Source of the DNA: Selaginella moellendorffii
Taxonomy: Eukaryota > Plantae > Lycopodiophyta
Direction: 5' to 3'
DNA: 64,000 bases
Assembly: GCF_000143415.4 (NCBI RefSeq)
Contig: NW_003314283.1
Span: 568,752-632,751, forward strand
Shown here: piece by piece, positions 10,372 to 23,994 of the stretch
Position numbering within the stretch: the stretch's first letter is position 1
Layout of the letters: each line of letters starts with the position of its first letter
Program-made: the position numbers and the translations under genes
Notes under the pieces: model-generated
Database searches by the model: none
What the model saw: the letters and a program-made list of their open reading frames with translations, nothing else
What the model was told of the DNA's origin: nothing

Positions 10372-13050
10372 TTATACATTAGCGTTAAGAACCCAGACCG
10401 AATCAGTCAACCACTCTTTGAGATACAAAGACACGTTGTTGCCACCAATCACTCCACATAATGGCTGTATCGCCCCCTCAACTTCTTGCCGTTTCGCCCC
10501 CTCAACCTTTTGCCGCTTCTGTGGGGGAAACCACCCATCACTAGGGAGTCGACTGGTAAAATAGTTGAAACCAGACTGTTCCAGATCCTCCTCCGTATGA
10601 GGCAAAACTGCCAGTTGCAGGAGTCCATTTTCTGAAGCAAGATCTATAAGCCTGTTCAAACCTCCATCTTCTTTCTTCCTGCATTTCATCAAATCGAGAG
10701 CACTTGAAACTTCACCTTGAGTGGCCGCATCAGTCTTGGATTTCATATGTAATAAGCAAGGAATGAGCCGCCGCTTGGACTCATAGTCATTGGTGAGAAA
10801 AAACAACGCGTCTGGATGAAAGCCACCACCATCACCAGTCCAGAGAACCGTTGGAAATGCGTCAGCCTGCCTTTCAACGTCGTGGAGATACTTCTCAAGT
10901 GTATAACAGTCGGCGCCATGGGTGTGACTTTTACCGCACATCTTTGTCACAACTTCCGTTGCAACCCGTGCTTTCACCACCTTTGCCTTCTCGAAATATA
11001 TTGCGGGAACTTCAAAAGTGCTGTTGCGCAGTTCCACACTGCAATTCCGAAGAAAGCGAGAAACGAAGTCTATGGGAGCCTTTCCGTCCAATGCCTCAGC
11101 TAGCCTTTCAAACTCAAGACTCACTGTCGCATCGCTGCCTTGGCCCTTGGCTTTAAACTGCTGCTGAAAAAACTCACCGAAGCCTGTTGGCCGACTACAA
11201 AAGTAATGAAAAAGAGCTCGCAAGACAGCAGGTTCCTGAAGTTTGATCCAAGTGTCTCTATCCTGCTTTGCAAAGAACTTATCCAAGTCCTCCAACGCAA
11301 CACTGTTTTCCGTGCTTAGCCAGGCTAACCCGGACTCCACAAGGCTCAGAGATGGATTGTTGATGTTGAGTACAGTGGATATGGACCCAAACATATGGTG
11401 ATACACTATCACCTCTAGCTCCTTGAGCGCTGCAGCATTCCGAGTCCTTTCAAAAAACAGCTCCACATCCCTCAGGACCGTCTTATCCATGTAGACTTCC
11501 AATTCCGATTTGTTCTATACACCTTCCTGAGAATGACTGATCTTACTCGAGGTGCATATCTTCTCAAAAAAGTCAATCAGAAATTCTGTTGCCTGCTCCA
11601 AGGGACGCTTGCTCACAATGAACTGCTCAAGTGCTGTGACAAAGAACCTCTACCTCCCTTTGTACAAATCACAGACCCTCTGCATATCAATACCATCCAC
11701 ACTTCGGAGTAGTTTCCCAGCATAGAGCTTGAAGTCCTCGACAGTGATGAATCCACCAAATCCATGAAAGACGATAACAGAAGCTCTCCTCTTCAGAGTG
11801 GCAGAGATATCCTGTGCCACAGTAAGCATCCTAGCCCCGGTGCCTGCATAGTAGAATTGTCGAAATCCACTGCTTATCAGCGCCGGCACGAGAATATCTA
11901 GGAACGATCTCGTACCACTTCCAAGAGTTAACGAAGAAAATCGCTTTTCCAACCAGCGGTTTATCACCTGGCACTCGTCAAATATGATTGGACCATTCCA
12001 CTTCGCTGTTACACGATCGCTCCCTATTAAACGATCGAGTACGTCCTGGAACTGACCTTCGATGGGTTTCAAATCCTCTTTAGTCCGTATAAGGTCTAAA
12101 AGTCTACCAGTGAGCGCCTTGAACGGATCTTTGAAGTTGTACAAGTACTCGAGCGAAGGCAATGCAACCTGCTTGAAGAGCCATGCTTGACCTGTCAAAT
12201 AGCCCGTTTTCTCCAGCTGCCCCAGCAAATAAAACCTGCTAATGAGCAAAGCTTTGAGACAGACTGCAGCACTAACGTCTGGAATGTCTCCGGTTGGATA
12301 CAGCTCCAGCAACTTTGATGCCACTAACTTGAGATCTCCTGAACCTTCAGCTCCAATACCAGTGTCGGAGACCCCCACAAAGAAGAGCCCACGCTGCGCT
12401 ACAGCGATCTCATATAATGTCCTGGTCTTCCCCGATCCCGACACGTTGAAGAGAACGGTGAGGATCGGCTGCGCTTTGGAAGTTCCCTCTAGGATACGCT
12501 TGGATGCTTCGAAAGGCTGGTCTAGTGCATGCCACAAGAGGCGGGGGCATTCGTCTGTAGGATCTTTTGGCAGTGGGACTTTACACGTTGGGAAAACGCA
12601 TCCGCCTTGGGATGTTCAAGATTTGGCTTGCGCAACTCATGCCAAAACGTATCCAAGAGACTCTCTATATTTGCCACAGTCGCTCTGACTGGTTCTGCAA
12701 GAAACAAGTCAAAAATTTGCAAAAGAAACGCGCCTGGGGACCCAAAAAGGGACCAAGAGATCTAAAAAGGAAAGACAAACAATAGGCTTACCCTTCGACT
12801 TCAGTAAGCGATCCCGCAGCTGCTCCTTGTCCTTGCGCAGCTGCTCCTCCTTGTCGCGCAGCTGCTCCTCCTTGTTGCGCAGCTGCTCCTCCTTCTTGAC
12901 CATCTTGGGATCATTTAGTTGCTCGAGTTGCCCCTCAACCGCAGTTATTTGGCCCTCAACCGCACTAATTTGGCCCTCAACCACAGCAATCTGCCGTTCA
13001 ACTTCCCGGATTTCCCTTGACAAGCCAGAAACCGGATCATCCACCTCCAT
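10372..13050 (-). pseudogene. Crinkler-type (CR) effector-like gene: N-terminal coiled coil + P-loop NTPase + C-terminal PD-(D/E)xK-like nuclease, disrupted
   Basis: Heptad repeats AVEGQI and KEEQLR (12817-12990), Walker A LFNVSGSGKTR, Walker B IIFDECQ, GTG, GRxRF, C-terminal FHPDALFFL...LLHMKS; frameshift near 12575 and in-frame TAGs at 11650-11652 and ~11515. Confidence 0.7.
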
Positions 13051-13296
13051 GGGCTCCGCTTGCGAAACCCTAGCTTTTAATGGTCAAATATTCCTTATTC
13101 CTCATCTTTGATTTTGTAGGACCATCGTACTGCAAGAAATATGATCATTGGTTCTAACATTATAAACTTGAGAGCTGGGATTTGATTAAAATCCAAAAGT
13201 AACTTGCTCTTGCTGGCCAGATCTTGTGGGATCGATGCCATTGAACAAATTCGTTGAATTTCTTGTAATTTTGAGCATATGAAAACAGTCCGTACC

Positions 13297-13358
13297 AGGG
13301 GTGTAGCTCAAATGGTAGAGCATGCAATAGATCAGGGGATTGATGCCCCTCTCCTCCA
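13297..13358 (+). pseudogene. tRNA-Ala pseudogene with most of the anticodon arm deleted
   Basis: GGGGTGTAGCTCAAATGGTAGAGC-ATGCAATAGATCAGGGGATTGATGCCCCTCTCCTCCA matches plant tRNA-Ala ends (A box, GGATYGA T-loop) but is only ~62 nt. Confidence 0.7.
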
Positions 13359-13499
13359 CTTCCAAAATTAATTGAAGATAATAGAGAGGAGAAATGCACT
13401 TGAAAAGAGGTCTAAAAGGAAAATCATTCACAAAAACAAAGTCAATCACAAAATGGAGGGGTCCTTGTGTGATTCCGTGCTCTCAACAGATGCACACTG

Positions 13500-16400
13500 A
13501 TTGTGAGGTGTTTTAACTAAGACAACCATAGCAAAAATTCTTCCAATGGTTGTTATTTAAACTTTCCCAAACACTTTATAGTATATTCTAGTTTATTCTA
13601 CCACCGTCTTGTGTTTATAAATTATAAACATGTTTATAATTACAAATTTCTACTTTATCTATTAAATTAATAAATAATAGCAAAAAAATTTAATTCTTCT
13701 CACAGGGTTTTCAATTATATTAGAATATCCAAGCATCTTCTAGGTAGTTTAGTTTCCTTAGGCAAACCAAAAATATAAATTATTATTTATACCTTTGAAC
13801 TTATCCCTCTATATTATCTTATATATTTAAAAAAATCATTTATAATTTGTATTGTGTGAATGTTTCAATAAAAATCACTAGAACCCTAAAATCAATAGTG
13901 AGGGTATATTGATAACAGATAAATAGAACATTTCAAGGAGATAATATCAAATTATATATATTTTTAGTATTTAAATTAAGATGGTTATTTATCATTTCTC
14001 TAGTATACATATGTCATAGGGATGTAGAGTTTCATTGATGCACTATAAAAACTCTATAACTCATCTATGGTAGAGTTGAGTTTATTTTTGTAATTGCTAT
14101 AAACTGATGATGCTAAGTTATGGGATTCATATTTGACAAATAAAGGGTTCTTTGCTTATTTAAAGAAACTATATCAAGGCTGTAAAAAGTGGGATTATAG
14201 GTTTATGAGGTTTATTATGACATATTTTTTAGATATGATGCATGTGTAATAGCTGAAAAGGAATTAAGAACAAATTACAGGTTTGAAGTACTGTAATTAC
14301 AAATTACAATATCTCCATCTGATATTCCTTGATATCTTGGCCCATTGACCAATTACTTTCCATCCTTATGAAATAAAGGGATGATATAAGGTTCAAGTGT
14401 ATAATTACAATTTTGATAATTATTAAATTTTATTCAATCTAAACCATTCACTCTTATAAATAAGCTAAAGTTTTGGTGCACACTTATATACTATAAGCTA
14501 TGCTGGCATATGATATTACATTATAGATATAAATATCTTTAACATTTTGTTTCACTATCCTAATTGTGGACCAGATCCATCTAAATATACTACTACATTA
14601 CAAACATGTTGAAGTTTAGTTGTTAGCGACAATAACTTTCACTTCAGTGGAAGAATATGCCAACCATATTCTATAGTAAAAGTATATTTTAGAGTTTATA
14701 TTACCTTTTGTCTAGCATTATATTGCGATTAGGGTAGAAAAACCTATATATCCAGAACTAAATAAACTTGTTGGGATGTAATTAATGTGCACTATGAGCA
14801 ATATGGGGATGTAATTGATGCACACCACCCTTGCATTAACTTGTTTTATCCTTCTAATAAAATTGTATAAAGATTTGATGGAACATTAGATTTTATATTT
14901 GCTATACCACTTCAATTGTCACACCATATAATGTGTAGATGTCCAAAATCTTTTATTAAGTGTTTGAGCTAAGCAATTTGCTATCAAAGCAACCTTAGTG
15001 CAAAAATGTTTTATTTCTTGTTAGTTTAATTAATGGCTACCCCACATAGTTGCAAATGGCAACCCCTTGTGGATTGATAACCTTGGTTTGTCACCCATGT
15101 CACATTGGTGTAGCACTTCCTTCATCAAGTAATACAATCCAAGATTTATTATCTCTTTGAGATATCACAAATGTGCCTTGTTGCCTTCTAATATTTAGTT
15201 TATAGTTTTGCATGTAAATTCTTGAATTTAAACTTTTTGGAAAGTCATATAGTCCAATATTACTCAAACCCAAGTATCTCAAAACCCTTAACCAATTGGA
15301 AAAAAGGGGTGCACTCTTATTCATAAGCTATTTCCCTTTATATTTAAACTCTTATAGATCGTCTTTTAAGTTATTCTTTTTTGTTGTTTATATTGTACTA
15401 AATTGACTTAACACAATAGTTGTATAACATATATTACTTCCTCACAAGTGCTAAATACATTTGAGATTTCAATAAGAAACCTCATTAAGTTCCTTTTTTG
15501 CACTTTCCAAAGTTAAAGCAACAGTGACTATAGGTGTCCTTACAAGATGATAATTTACCATGCCAAAATGCTACAAGATAAACTTAATATACTATTTTTA
15601 AATGGCAAATTTGATGCCTAAAAAGTATGTATTTCACCAAAATCTTTCATAGGAAAGGTGTTTATTAGTGTAACCTTCAAACTTTAAATGGCTACCCTAG
15701 TAATCAACAAATCATTGATATAAAGGGTGATAATAAGGATATCCCCCCTCTCTCTTTATGTAAATAGCAGCACAATGAAAACTTTGCTGCTGCAAGGTTT
15801 TCTCAAATTTATGGTATCAGATGTAAAATGATTGCTTTAATCTATACAAAGGCCTTTTGAATGTTTTGTCATAGTCACTATAACTAGGAAAGATTGCAAA
15901 AATGCATATAAAGATTTCTTTGGCAAACTCACCATAGAAAAAAACAATTTTGATATTTATTTAATGGATTTTCTAACCTTACATCCACATGAGGCATCAT
16001 ATACTTTGAGTGTTTGATTCTCAACAAGAGAATCCATCTCATTTTGAATGATTATATGCCGAAATTGTAAATCAAGGCCTTGGATGGCCTCTTTAAATAT
16101 AAAATGTTTTTGTTGACAAATATACACAATTTGAACCTCATCTTGATCAAGCAGGAAGGTGACATTTCTAATGTTTTTTAAGATGGTCTATGTGTGTATG
16201 GATTGTCAAGAATCTCCATAGGGTTAGGCATACCTCTTCAATGAGGCGCTTACAAATTGGTTATGTTACTAAGCAATTTCATCTTTCTTTGCAAGTTGAC
16301 CAATATCACAATGAAATTCAATATTATGACTTTTATTATCACCATCTCTACCGTCATCATGGTATGGGAAGCCAAAAGGAATAGCAAACATGAAAAGATT

Positions 16401-17350
16401 TTTATTTATAAAGCATATAAACTTTGGTTTCACTGCCTCATTATGTGTGAAATCATTTTTCATAAAAATGATATTAATACTAACAAGTGTAGCTTTGGTA
16501 ATTGGATCCTAGAATTTATGTCCTTTGTAACTTTATTCCTTATCACTAGCATAGCTAATGAAGATAAACTTTTTGCTCTTGAGATTAAGCTTTTTACGTA
16601 GTATATCTTAGACTTGAGTAAAAATTGTGCAATTAAACACGTGAAAATAAGATATTCTAGGCTTCCTTCCAAACCAAACTTTTTTAACAGTTTACCTGCC
16701 TTTGAGCACAAGAGTGGGCAATTGGTTTTAAAGCTATAGCAATTGCCTATTACCAAAATTTTTGCTCAACTTCACACCAAAAAGGAGGTTATGTGCTATA
16801 TTCAATTTCTATTTCACATGATATTAGATTTTATATGCATGACAAAAATTGCAAAGGGCATTATTAAGGTATTCCTTTCGTCCATAGGTTTGTAATGCTT
16901 TGATCTTTCATTTGAGTTTCATTTTAACAAAAGTTGTGTAGTGTTTGAAGGCTTCCACAACTTTATCCTTTCCCTATAAGAAGAAGATGTAAGTCTTATA
17001 GTGAGAGTCATAAAGTATTTCATACCAAAATAGCTAGGAATATTTATAGGCTTATATAAACTAGAGTGAACAAATTCAAGTGGTTGACTAGTTTGACATT
17101 GTGACGAAATAAAGTTTTGATAGTGATGTTTGTCTAGCATGTAGGACTTATAAAAGTTTCATATGGCTATACTCTCAAGGTCTAAACCCACCACTATATC
17201 CTTTGGATCTAACTCTTGCAAAGCTTTGTGATTTGTATGTCCAAAGTGACAATGCTAGATATGAACTTTATTATTAGACACCTACTCAACATTTATCACT
17301 TGTTACTCATAAGAGGATACTTGATAGAGACTCCCTTGATATTGGTGCAT
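13500..17350 (-). mobile_element. Degenerate Ty1/Copia retrotransposon (integrase, RT, RNaseH remnants)
   Basis: Minus-strand remnants SQPLEFVHSSLYKPINIPSYFGMKYFMTL (integrase ELVHSD-like, ~17000-17100), FPMKDFGEIHTFLGI (~15620-15655), LRVLRYL (~15280); very AT-rich with many stops. Confidence 0.7.
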
Positions 17351-17599
17351 GCTTTACACATCATCTCACTCTTAAATGTGTTCAAAACACAATAAGAAAC
17401 TCCTCTATAGAAAAAACTCAATACATCATGGTTATGTGTGTGATGGATCTAGAGACTCTGATATGGAGTCCTCCTCATCTCTCCAAGAATGTTTCTACTT
17501 TGGGTAATTATAAACTTTTAACTCAGGCAAACTCTCATTGTAAATAAGCTTTAGGAAAACCACAAGTAAATTTTGTGCCTCCACACTCACCCACACTCA

Positions 17600-19800
17600 T
17601 TAAGAAGAGTTACTTGTGTCTTACCATCTAAAATCATCATAGTGCCCAAACACAATGATGTGTTTTGCAATCCACTACTTCATGCCAAGACCATCTAAAG
17701 ATGACATAGTCTCCATTGTGTGAAGTTTAGTAGCCCCATAATCAACCACCAAGAATCAAACACAATATCCACACCTTGGATTGAAATGTGTACACCTTTA
17801 CAAATACATGCTAGAACAATAGTATGATTAGCAAAAGTTTTGAACACAACTGCAATAGTAGAAAAGATCTTTAGGCCAAGGTGGTGCAAGAGGTGTAAGG
17901 AAATGACATTGCTCCTAGACTCAGAGTCTAAGAGTGCTCCATCTTTTTTAGTCCCAACAATCATGATCAGTATGATAAAGGCTTTTGGATATAGTTGAAT
18001 TGGACAATCCATGAGCTCCATTTGATCATTGGTAGGGGCTGGAGAAGCATTGTGGGCAGTTTGTAAGTGAGAAAACTAGTCCATTTGGTCAACCAAGCTT
18101 GAGACACACTGGAGTAAGTCACCGAGAGAAACCTAGAGTTGAAGAGCCTAAATCTACTCCAAAAAGTGTACTGGCTATATGACTGGGGCGAGGATGTGAT
18201 CACTATGGTGCCCAGTTTGGGTGTAAGCTGCGAAATATCCTAAAAATAGGGAACACTCTATCACAAATTGCTAGGCATATTCCCTCTCAGTTGAGGAGAA
18301 ACAACAAGACCTATAGCTGCCACTGTAGATGCCCACAGTAAAGGCAATTGCATTGCCACTGGAATAGGTCTAGTACTTGAGCTTGGCTAAGTCTATATTT
18401 GTTCCATCTTGACTATGGCATAAATGTGCTTCTTCTTGCCACCTCCTATGACAATTGCAATAATGGTTATCATGTTAACCCTTGTGATTGCCTTGCCACG
18501 ATCTTGCAACGTTGAGGGAGATTCAAAGGCCTTTCACTGAGGTGTTGCTTAGTAACCATCTGTCTGGAGGTTTGAGTTGTTTGCTAGTGGTTGTGTCATA
18601 GTTTGTTATTGCTTCTCAGGATGTTGCTTTGGATGTAACTTTTAGCAATGATCATCATTGTGGCATGAAGATTCTTTGAATATTCATGGAAATTCTCTAA
18701 ATATTCCCTTCAATGAATATTCTAAGTGTGAAAGAGGATATTTAATGTGGGAAGGTATATAACTTTATTCCCCACAAGTTTAAGGCATGATGTATTGAAT
18801 TTTGGCTATGGAAGAGTTTTTTACTGTGTTTTGAGAATGTTTGAGAGTGAGATAGTGTGTAAAACATACACCAAAATGGCAACTACGGTGGGATGGGCAA
18901 TTCCTAATCAGCCCATCTTATTTCCATGCATTTTGTTTTTTATTCTTGAGAGTTGTGAGGAATTCAAGCATAATTTTTGTTTTTGGTGGTAGGTTCTATG
19001 TCTAGGGGCACTTTGGGAGTCAAATGAGTTTTCTTGAGCATGGGATTTATTACCATTCTCATGAAATTCCTTTGCTTTCTTTGGGTTTTGGGACTTATGA
19101 TTGAAAATTTTCATCCTTGTGGTTTAATTTTTTATTTTTTGTTAAATTGAGTAAATGGATTTATCGATCTCATCCTTTTCTATCCTTTGGCATCATAAAT
19201 CTACAGATTTAGTGTAGAAATCAAGACATACAAGGAGATATAAATTGCATGCTAATAGGATTATGTTTAATTATGTTATACATTCTTTAGAAGCCATCAT
19301 TTTCCATAAATCTTTATGGAGCCTGATAGCTCCACTCCTATGGTTTTTAGTGAGCTCTTTCTTGGTTGATTTGGTTCATTTATTTAACAAATTCTCATCA
19401 TTTTTCTATTGTTGAGGGTTTAAGCAATTCTTTTTTTTTGTCTTGCAGTTTCTAAGAAAATTTTATTGGATTTTTTTTTTTAATTCCTAGAAGGAAATTT
19501 GTCTTTATCTCATGAATTTTTGTATTGTGTGTTGAGAGATTTAACATCATTTTTCTTTTGACATATATTATTCCTTTATTCCAAGCTCAAAGGTGATTCT
19601 CTCAGTTGCAAGGTGAACTAAATTTTCAGTAGTGCATCTCAAATAACAAGTTTTATTTCTCAATCACAAATTCAAAGAGTGGGCATTTAGATCTCAACAT
19701 GGACCAGCTAATAATTGATTTTCTCTAGCATACTGTAAATTTATCTATGTTTAATCTTATTTTAGGGTTTCTCCCAAAGGATGACATTGACAATTTTGCT
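17600..19800 (-). mobile_element. Degenerate Gypsy-like gag/protease remnant
   Basis: ALLDSESRSNVIS aspartic-protease-like motif (ORF 17695-18021); AT-rich eroded flanks. Confidence 0.5.
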
Positions 19801-19838
19801 TAGTATTGTGCTTGCAATTATATCTAGACTTGAGATAT

Positions 19839-20364
19839 TGTAGCGCACGTGGTTTTGACCCTTTATCCTATGGCGATTTACCATAGGATAACACCACGAA
19901 GCGGAACCTAAACCCTCTTTGTGCCACATGTCACATGCCACGTGTCCATGCCACGTGTCCACAGGAACCCGAGGTTCAGGGCCTTGGGCCACTGAACGAA
20001 GGAACGGTGCCAAATTCCCAAGCATGGAGCCGAGGAGTGACAGAACCGAATCACGGAGCAACTCCCGAGCATGAAGCCCAAGGAGCGAAGGGACAGGAGC
20101 CCAGAGCGACTTGGAACAGTCCTGGAGCAACCAACATCCCAATGCCAGGACCAGCACACAAAACGGAGCCAAACGGAGTCTGGCGCTATTTCGGCATACC
20201 AGTGGCCTAACATGAGGATATGGGTACTCCACCAACTAGCATGGAATGGAACTTGGGCTTAGACCCAAGCCGGATGCAGAACAAGGACAGGCACGCAAGC
20301 AGGAGCTAGACTATGCCTCAGGTTGGTCGGCCATGCCTGACCTACCCACTATCCCTACTATACA
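19839..20364 (-). repeat. GC-rich LTR (TG...CA) with adjacent poly-G PPT and internal 3' segment (to ~20620)
   Basis: Plus strand begins TGTAG (19839) and ends ATACA (20364); poly-C run 20382-20403 reads as the minus-strand PPT; 20405-20600 resembles 35103-35275, and eroded LTR copies lie at 34784-35080 and 37480-38040. Confidence 0.65.
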
Positions 20365-20999
20365 TTTGGAACCCCCCATAACCCCCCCCCCCCCCCCCCC
20401 CCCTTGAGGAACACATGCTTTGAGCTTTCACCCCAAGCCTCCCTTAGTATCAGGAGTTAGTCTCTGGGACAAACTCGAAACTTACTAAATATGGAATGTC
20501 CTTAGATTGTAAATTTGGACACGGGACGAACACCATTATGTTCAGGCTGATCTCTACATTCCGTAGATATGCCAAATGAGCAAATCTGGACACTTTCCAT
20601 AAATAGCATTTGGGACCGAAATGAGACTAACACAAAGGGCATGATAGCGAGGGTGTTTGGCAAACACAGTAAGCTATCATGTAGCGATATTGAGGGACTA
20701 ATCTCAATACGCGAGGGTTTTTGTCACTAGCAAGTGCAAGACAAAACGAGACGGGAACTCCTTACCGGGTTAAGTATGCTTAGCTAATAGCACGTAGGAA
20801 TTCCGTCCTTATGCTCGTCTGGTCTAAGTACACTCGAAATGCCCAGCTAACTCCACTAGCACAAGAGGGGCTACTAAAGGGATCCAACTGTACCGATCTC
20901 CTGCCGTCATGGCAGTAAGGTAAGAGTGTCCGTAAGGACTGGTCGACAAGTAACTTTCGATACCCAAAGTCATATTCGCGACAGATATGGATATTCCTG

Positions 21000-23800
21000 A
21001 GAAAGAACAAGGTCAGTAACAGCTAAATTAACAAATGCAACATGCTACTTGGAGTTTATAAAATCGTTAGCAGGGAAAGTGCAAACTTGGGTGGGAGCTT
21101 TGGTAGAAGATGAATGTGAAGACTTTCCTAAAGTGCTTGCTTCTTTTCATAAAGTTTTTGAGATTGAGAAGAGTTCATAACAGTTGCTTTGTGAGCTTTT
21201 CCTCTTTCTGCAAGGCAGCAACAAATTTATACTTGATTACACAATGCAATTCAAGCACTATTGGAAGATTTGTCAAGCGAAGGAGGTGACAAATGAAGAA
21301 AATTTAATTATCTCTACTTATGTGACTAAGCTCAAGTTAGGGATTCAATAAAAGGTGGCCAAGTGACATCATTCCAAGTGCAGTGACATGTATAACTATG
21401 ATTGGAGATTGAGAAGGATTTGATGTAAGAGCTAAGTGTTTCTAGTATGGTAGAGATGTTTGGACTGTCTCCTATTATGGCAGTGTATGCCATCTTTAGA
21501 ACATAGCCACCCACCCCTACTTTGACGCCATCATCAGCACCAGCAACAAACATTTCTATTCCCATCATCAATTTGGCCATATCAAAACTTCAACAATACA
21601 AGACTCTATTATTGCAATAATTTAGCAACAATAGCAAGAGCAGCTTTTGGAGGAACTCTAAGCTTTTAGGGTACAAGCCTCTTCTTGCAAGCCATCTCAT
21701 TATTGTTCACATTGTGATTCCTAGACTCCAATATGCTTTACAAGAATGTCATTTGCATAATAATTTCTTCTCAGTTATCTAACAGCCACTTTTGTCCATG
21801 AAGAACACATCTTCACTATCAAATACCACCACAACATCATTATTGCATATTTTAACTATGGATATCAAGTTTCTTTTGAGTGAAGAGTTCCACTACCTTG
21901 GATCCCAAAATGAGTGTCACTATGCAAGACCATTTTCTTGGATCCATATGCAAACTTATACTACTCAAGCATAAGTTTATCTATGGTTATGAGATATCTT
22001 GAGTCTAAAAATCATGGTTGTTCAACCTCTATATTGTGACTTTCTTCCTTAATCTCGTCCAATAGCTTTTATTATAACTCATTTAAGTTTGTCATTGCAT
22101 CATTTGGGCGATCTTGGGCCCAATGCCCAATCTACTAACACAACTTGCACTAGTTATGATGAAAGATATGCCTTGTTACTCCATAGCCATAGCACCATTA
22201 ACTAACTATATTGCCTTAATTTCCCTGACTTCTACAATCATCATTTAGGCTATCTTAGGTCTAATGCCCAATCTCCTAACATAGCTTATGCTAGTTATAA
22301 TGAATACACTTTATGTTGCTTTGTTTACTACATCACATCCCTATCCTTAGCAACTTTGTTTTGTATTTGTTCCAGCCAAAGCCCTTATTGACTCTCTTTT
22401 GGTGTACACACTATGAGATTACCCTATTCGAATTTATAAATTCTAACACCATGTTATGAAACCTCAAAATTAGGACAGAAAAACCCATATATCATGTGTG
22501 TGTGTGTGTGCTTGGCTTATTCTACTTTAACATGGGCAATAATTGGGCATTTGAGCTCCAATGTGGAGCACCACCCTTGCACTTGTTGCAATAATATGTA
22601 TTATAAGATTAGTTCTAGGGCAATTGTTAATGGATTTTAGGTGTTCTAAGTTAGACCAACACTATCTCATGGATGTTCTTATGGACATTGTGAGTTCCAC
22701 TTTGGAGTGCCACTTATAATACTTACTATGAGGAAATTTTTTGTTAATTAGTCCCTTAAGACATTTTTTTCTCACTACTATATTAATAGGAGATTGATAC
22801 TTCTTGATTGGTTCCTTATTGACTTAGTTGGGCACATAATTTATTTGTTATGGATTTTTGGCAAGTATCATTAAGATATTATATATTATCCCATATTACT
22901 GCTTGTTCTACATACTAACCTATTAACCAATTGTGTGAAATAATGAAACATGTGCAATTTTGTTATCACCTTAAGAAATGCCCTCACCTCAATTAAGACC
23001 TCTCACGGCCACTCTTCACTAATAAAATACTTGTTTAGACTATTAAATGTTTATATTGAATTTTTGGTTTGCTTAAACAAACCTGTAGGGGGGCTGAGAT
23101 GGTAGTGGATATACCTAGAATATGCTTAGATATTCTAGCATATTTTACCATCTAATGGTTGTTATTATTTAGATTAATTTTGTATTTATAATTTATAAAC
23201 ATGTTTATAATTTATAAACTTTCTTAAACCTTTTCTAGTATATTCTTTCTTATTTTATCATCTAATGGTTGATATAGTTTGATGTTTATAAATTACAAGC
23301 ATGCTTATAATTATAAAATTTATTCAATCAATTGAATTATAATACTACTATTAAGCAAACTAAATATTGCTACATGCAATGTGTAGCAATTTATTTAAAT
23401 ATAGGTTTATCTAGTTTGGGAAAGTGAAGTTAACTTCTTGTAGAGTTAAGCGGATATGTCAGATATAATTTTCTCAAAGTCAATGCAAGAGGACAACAAG
23501 TAGTGTTGAAAGCCTACTTATAGAGTATTATTCATTGCCACTATCTCACTACACCAAGGTAAGCCTATGATCATTGGCCAATGAAAGCAAACCACAACCA
23601 CAAGTAACAATTGGAATATAAGTCATAGCCCTAGATTTCCAATTGATATTGTACATAAAAGAGGCCAAGAGATCAAGGAGTAATGTTTTCCCCTATCACA
23701 GTTTGATTGCCATTCAAATTCTATATGTACTTTACCACAGCTAGAGCTGGAAGTTTGGATTTAAACATAAGAAGAAGATAATCATTGTGATAAAAGTTTT
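21000..23800 (+). mobile_element. Degenerate LTR-retroelement remnant with probable PPT and LTR start at ~23085-23100
   Basis: Eroded gag-like sequence; GTAGGGGGGC followed by TGAG...; 23111-23136 is an inverted near-copy of 13721-13746, and the palindrome TTATAAACATGTTTATAA occurs at both sites. Confidence 0.45.
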
Positions 23801-23994
23801 TACTTCCATATTCTTCCATCAAAAGAACAGAATACATTTAATAAAAAGACTAGTAAAAGATAACATTTTGGTTAAGGTGTCAGATATATAATATTGTCAT
23901 CAATTTAACTTCCACTAATCTATATTCTCTACAATCCAACGGTCCAAAGTATTTTTGTACATAAAAAGAGCGCCCCCATTTGAATTGGGCGAGG

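Noticed and set aside
10372-12537. In-frame TAG codons as programmed readthrough or recoding
   Set aside because: A frameshift near 12575 and abundant transition-type stops nearby favour ordinary pseudogenisation
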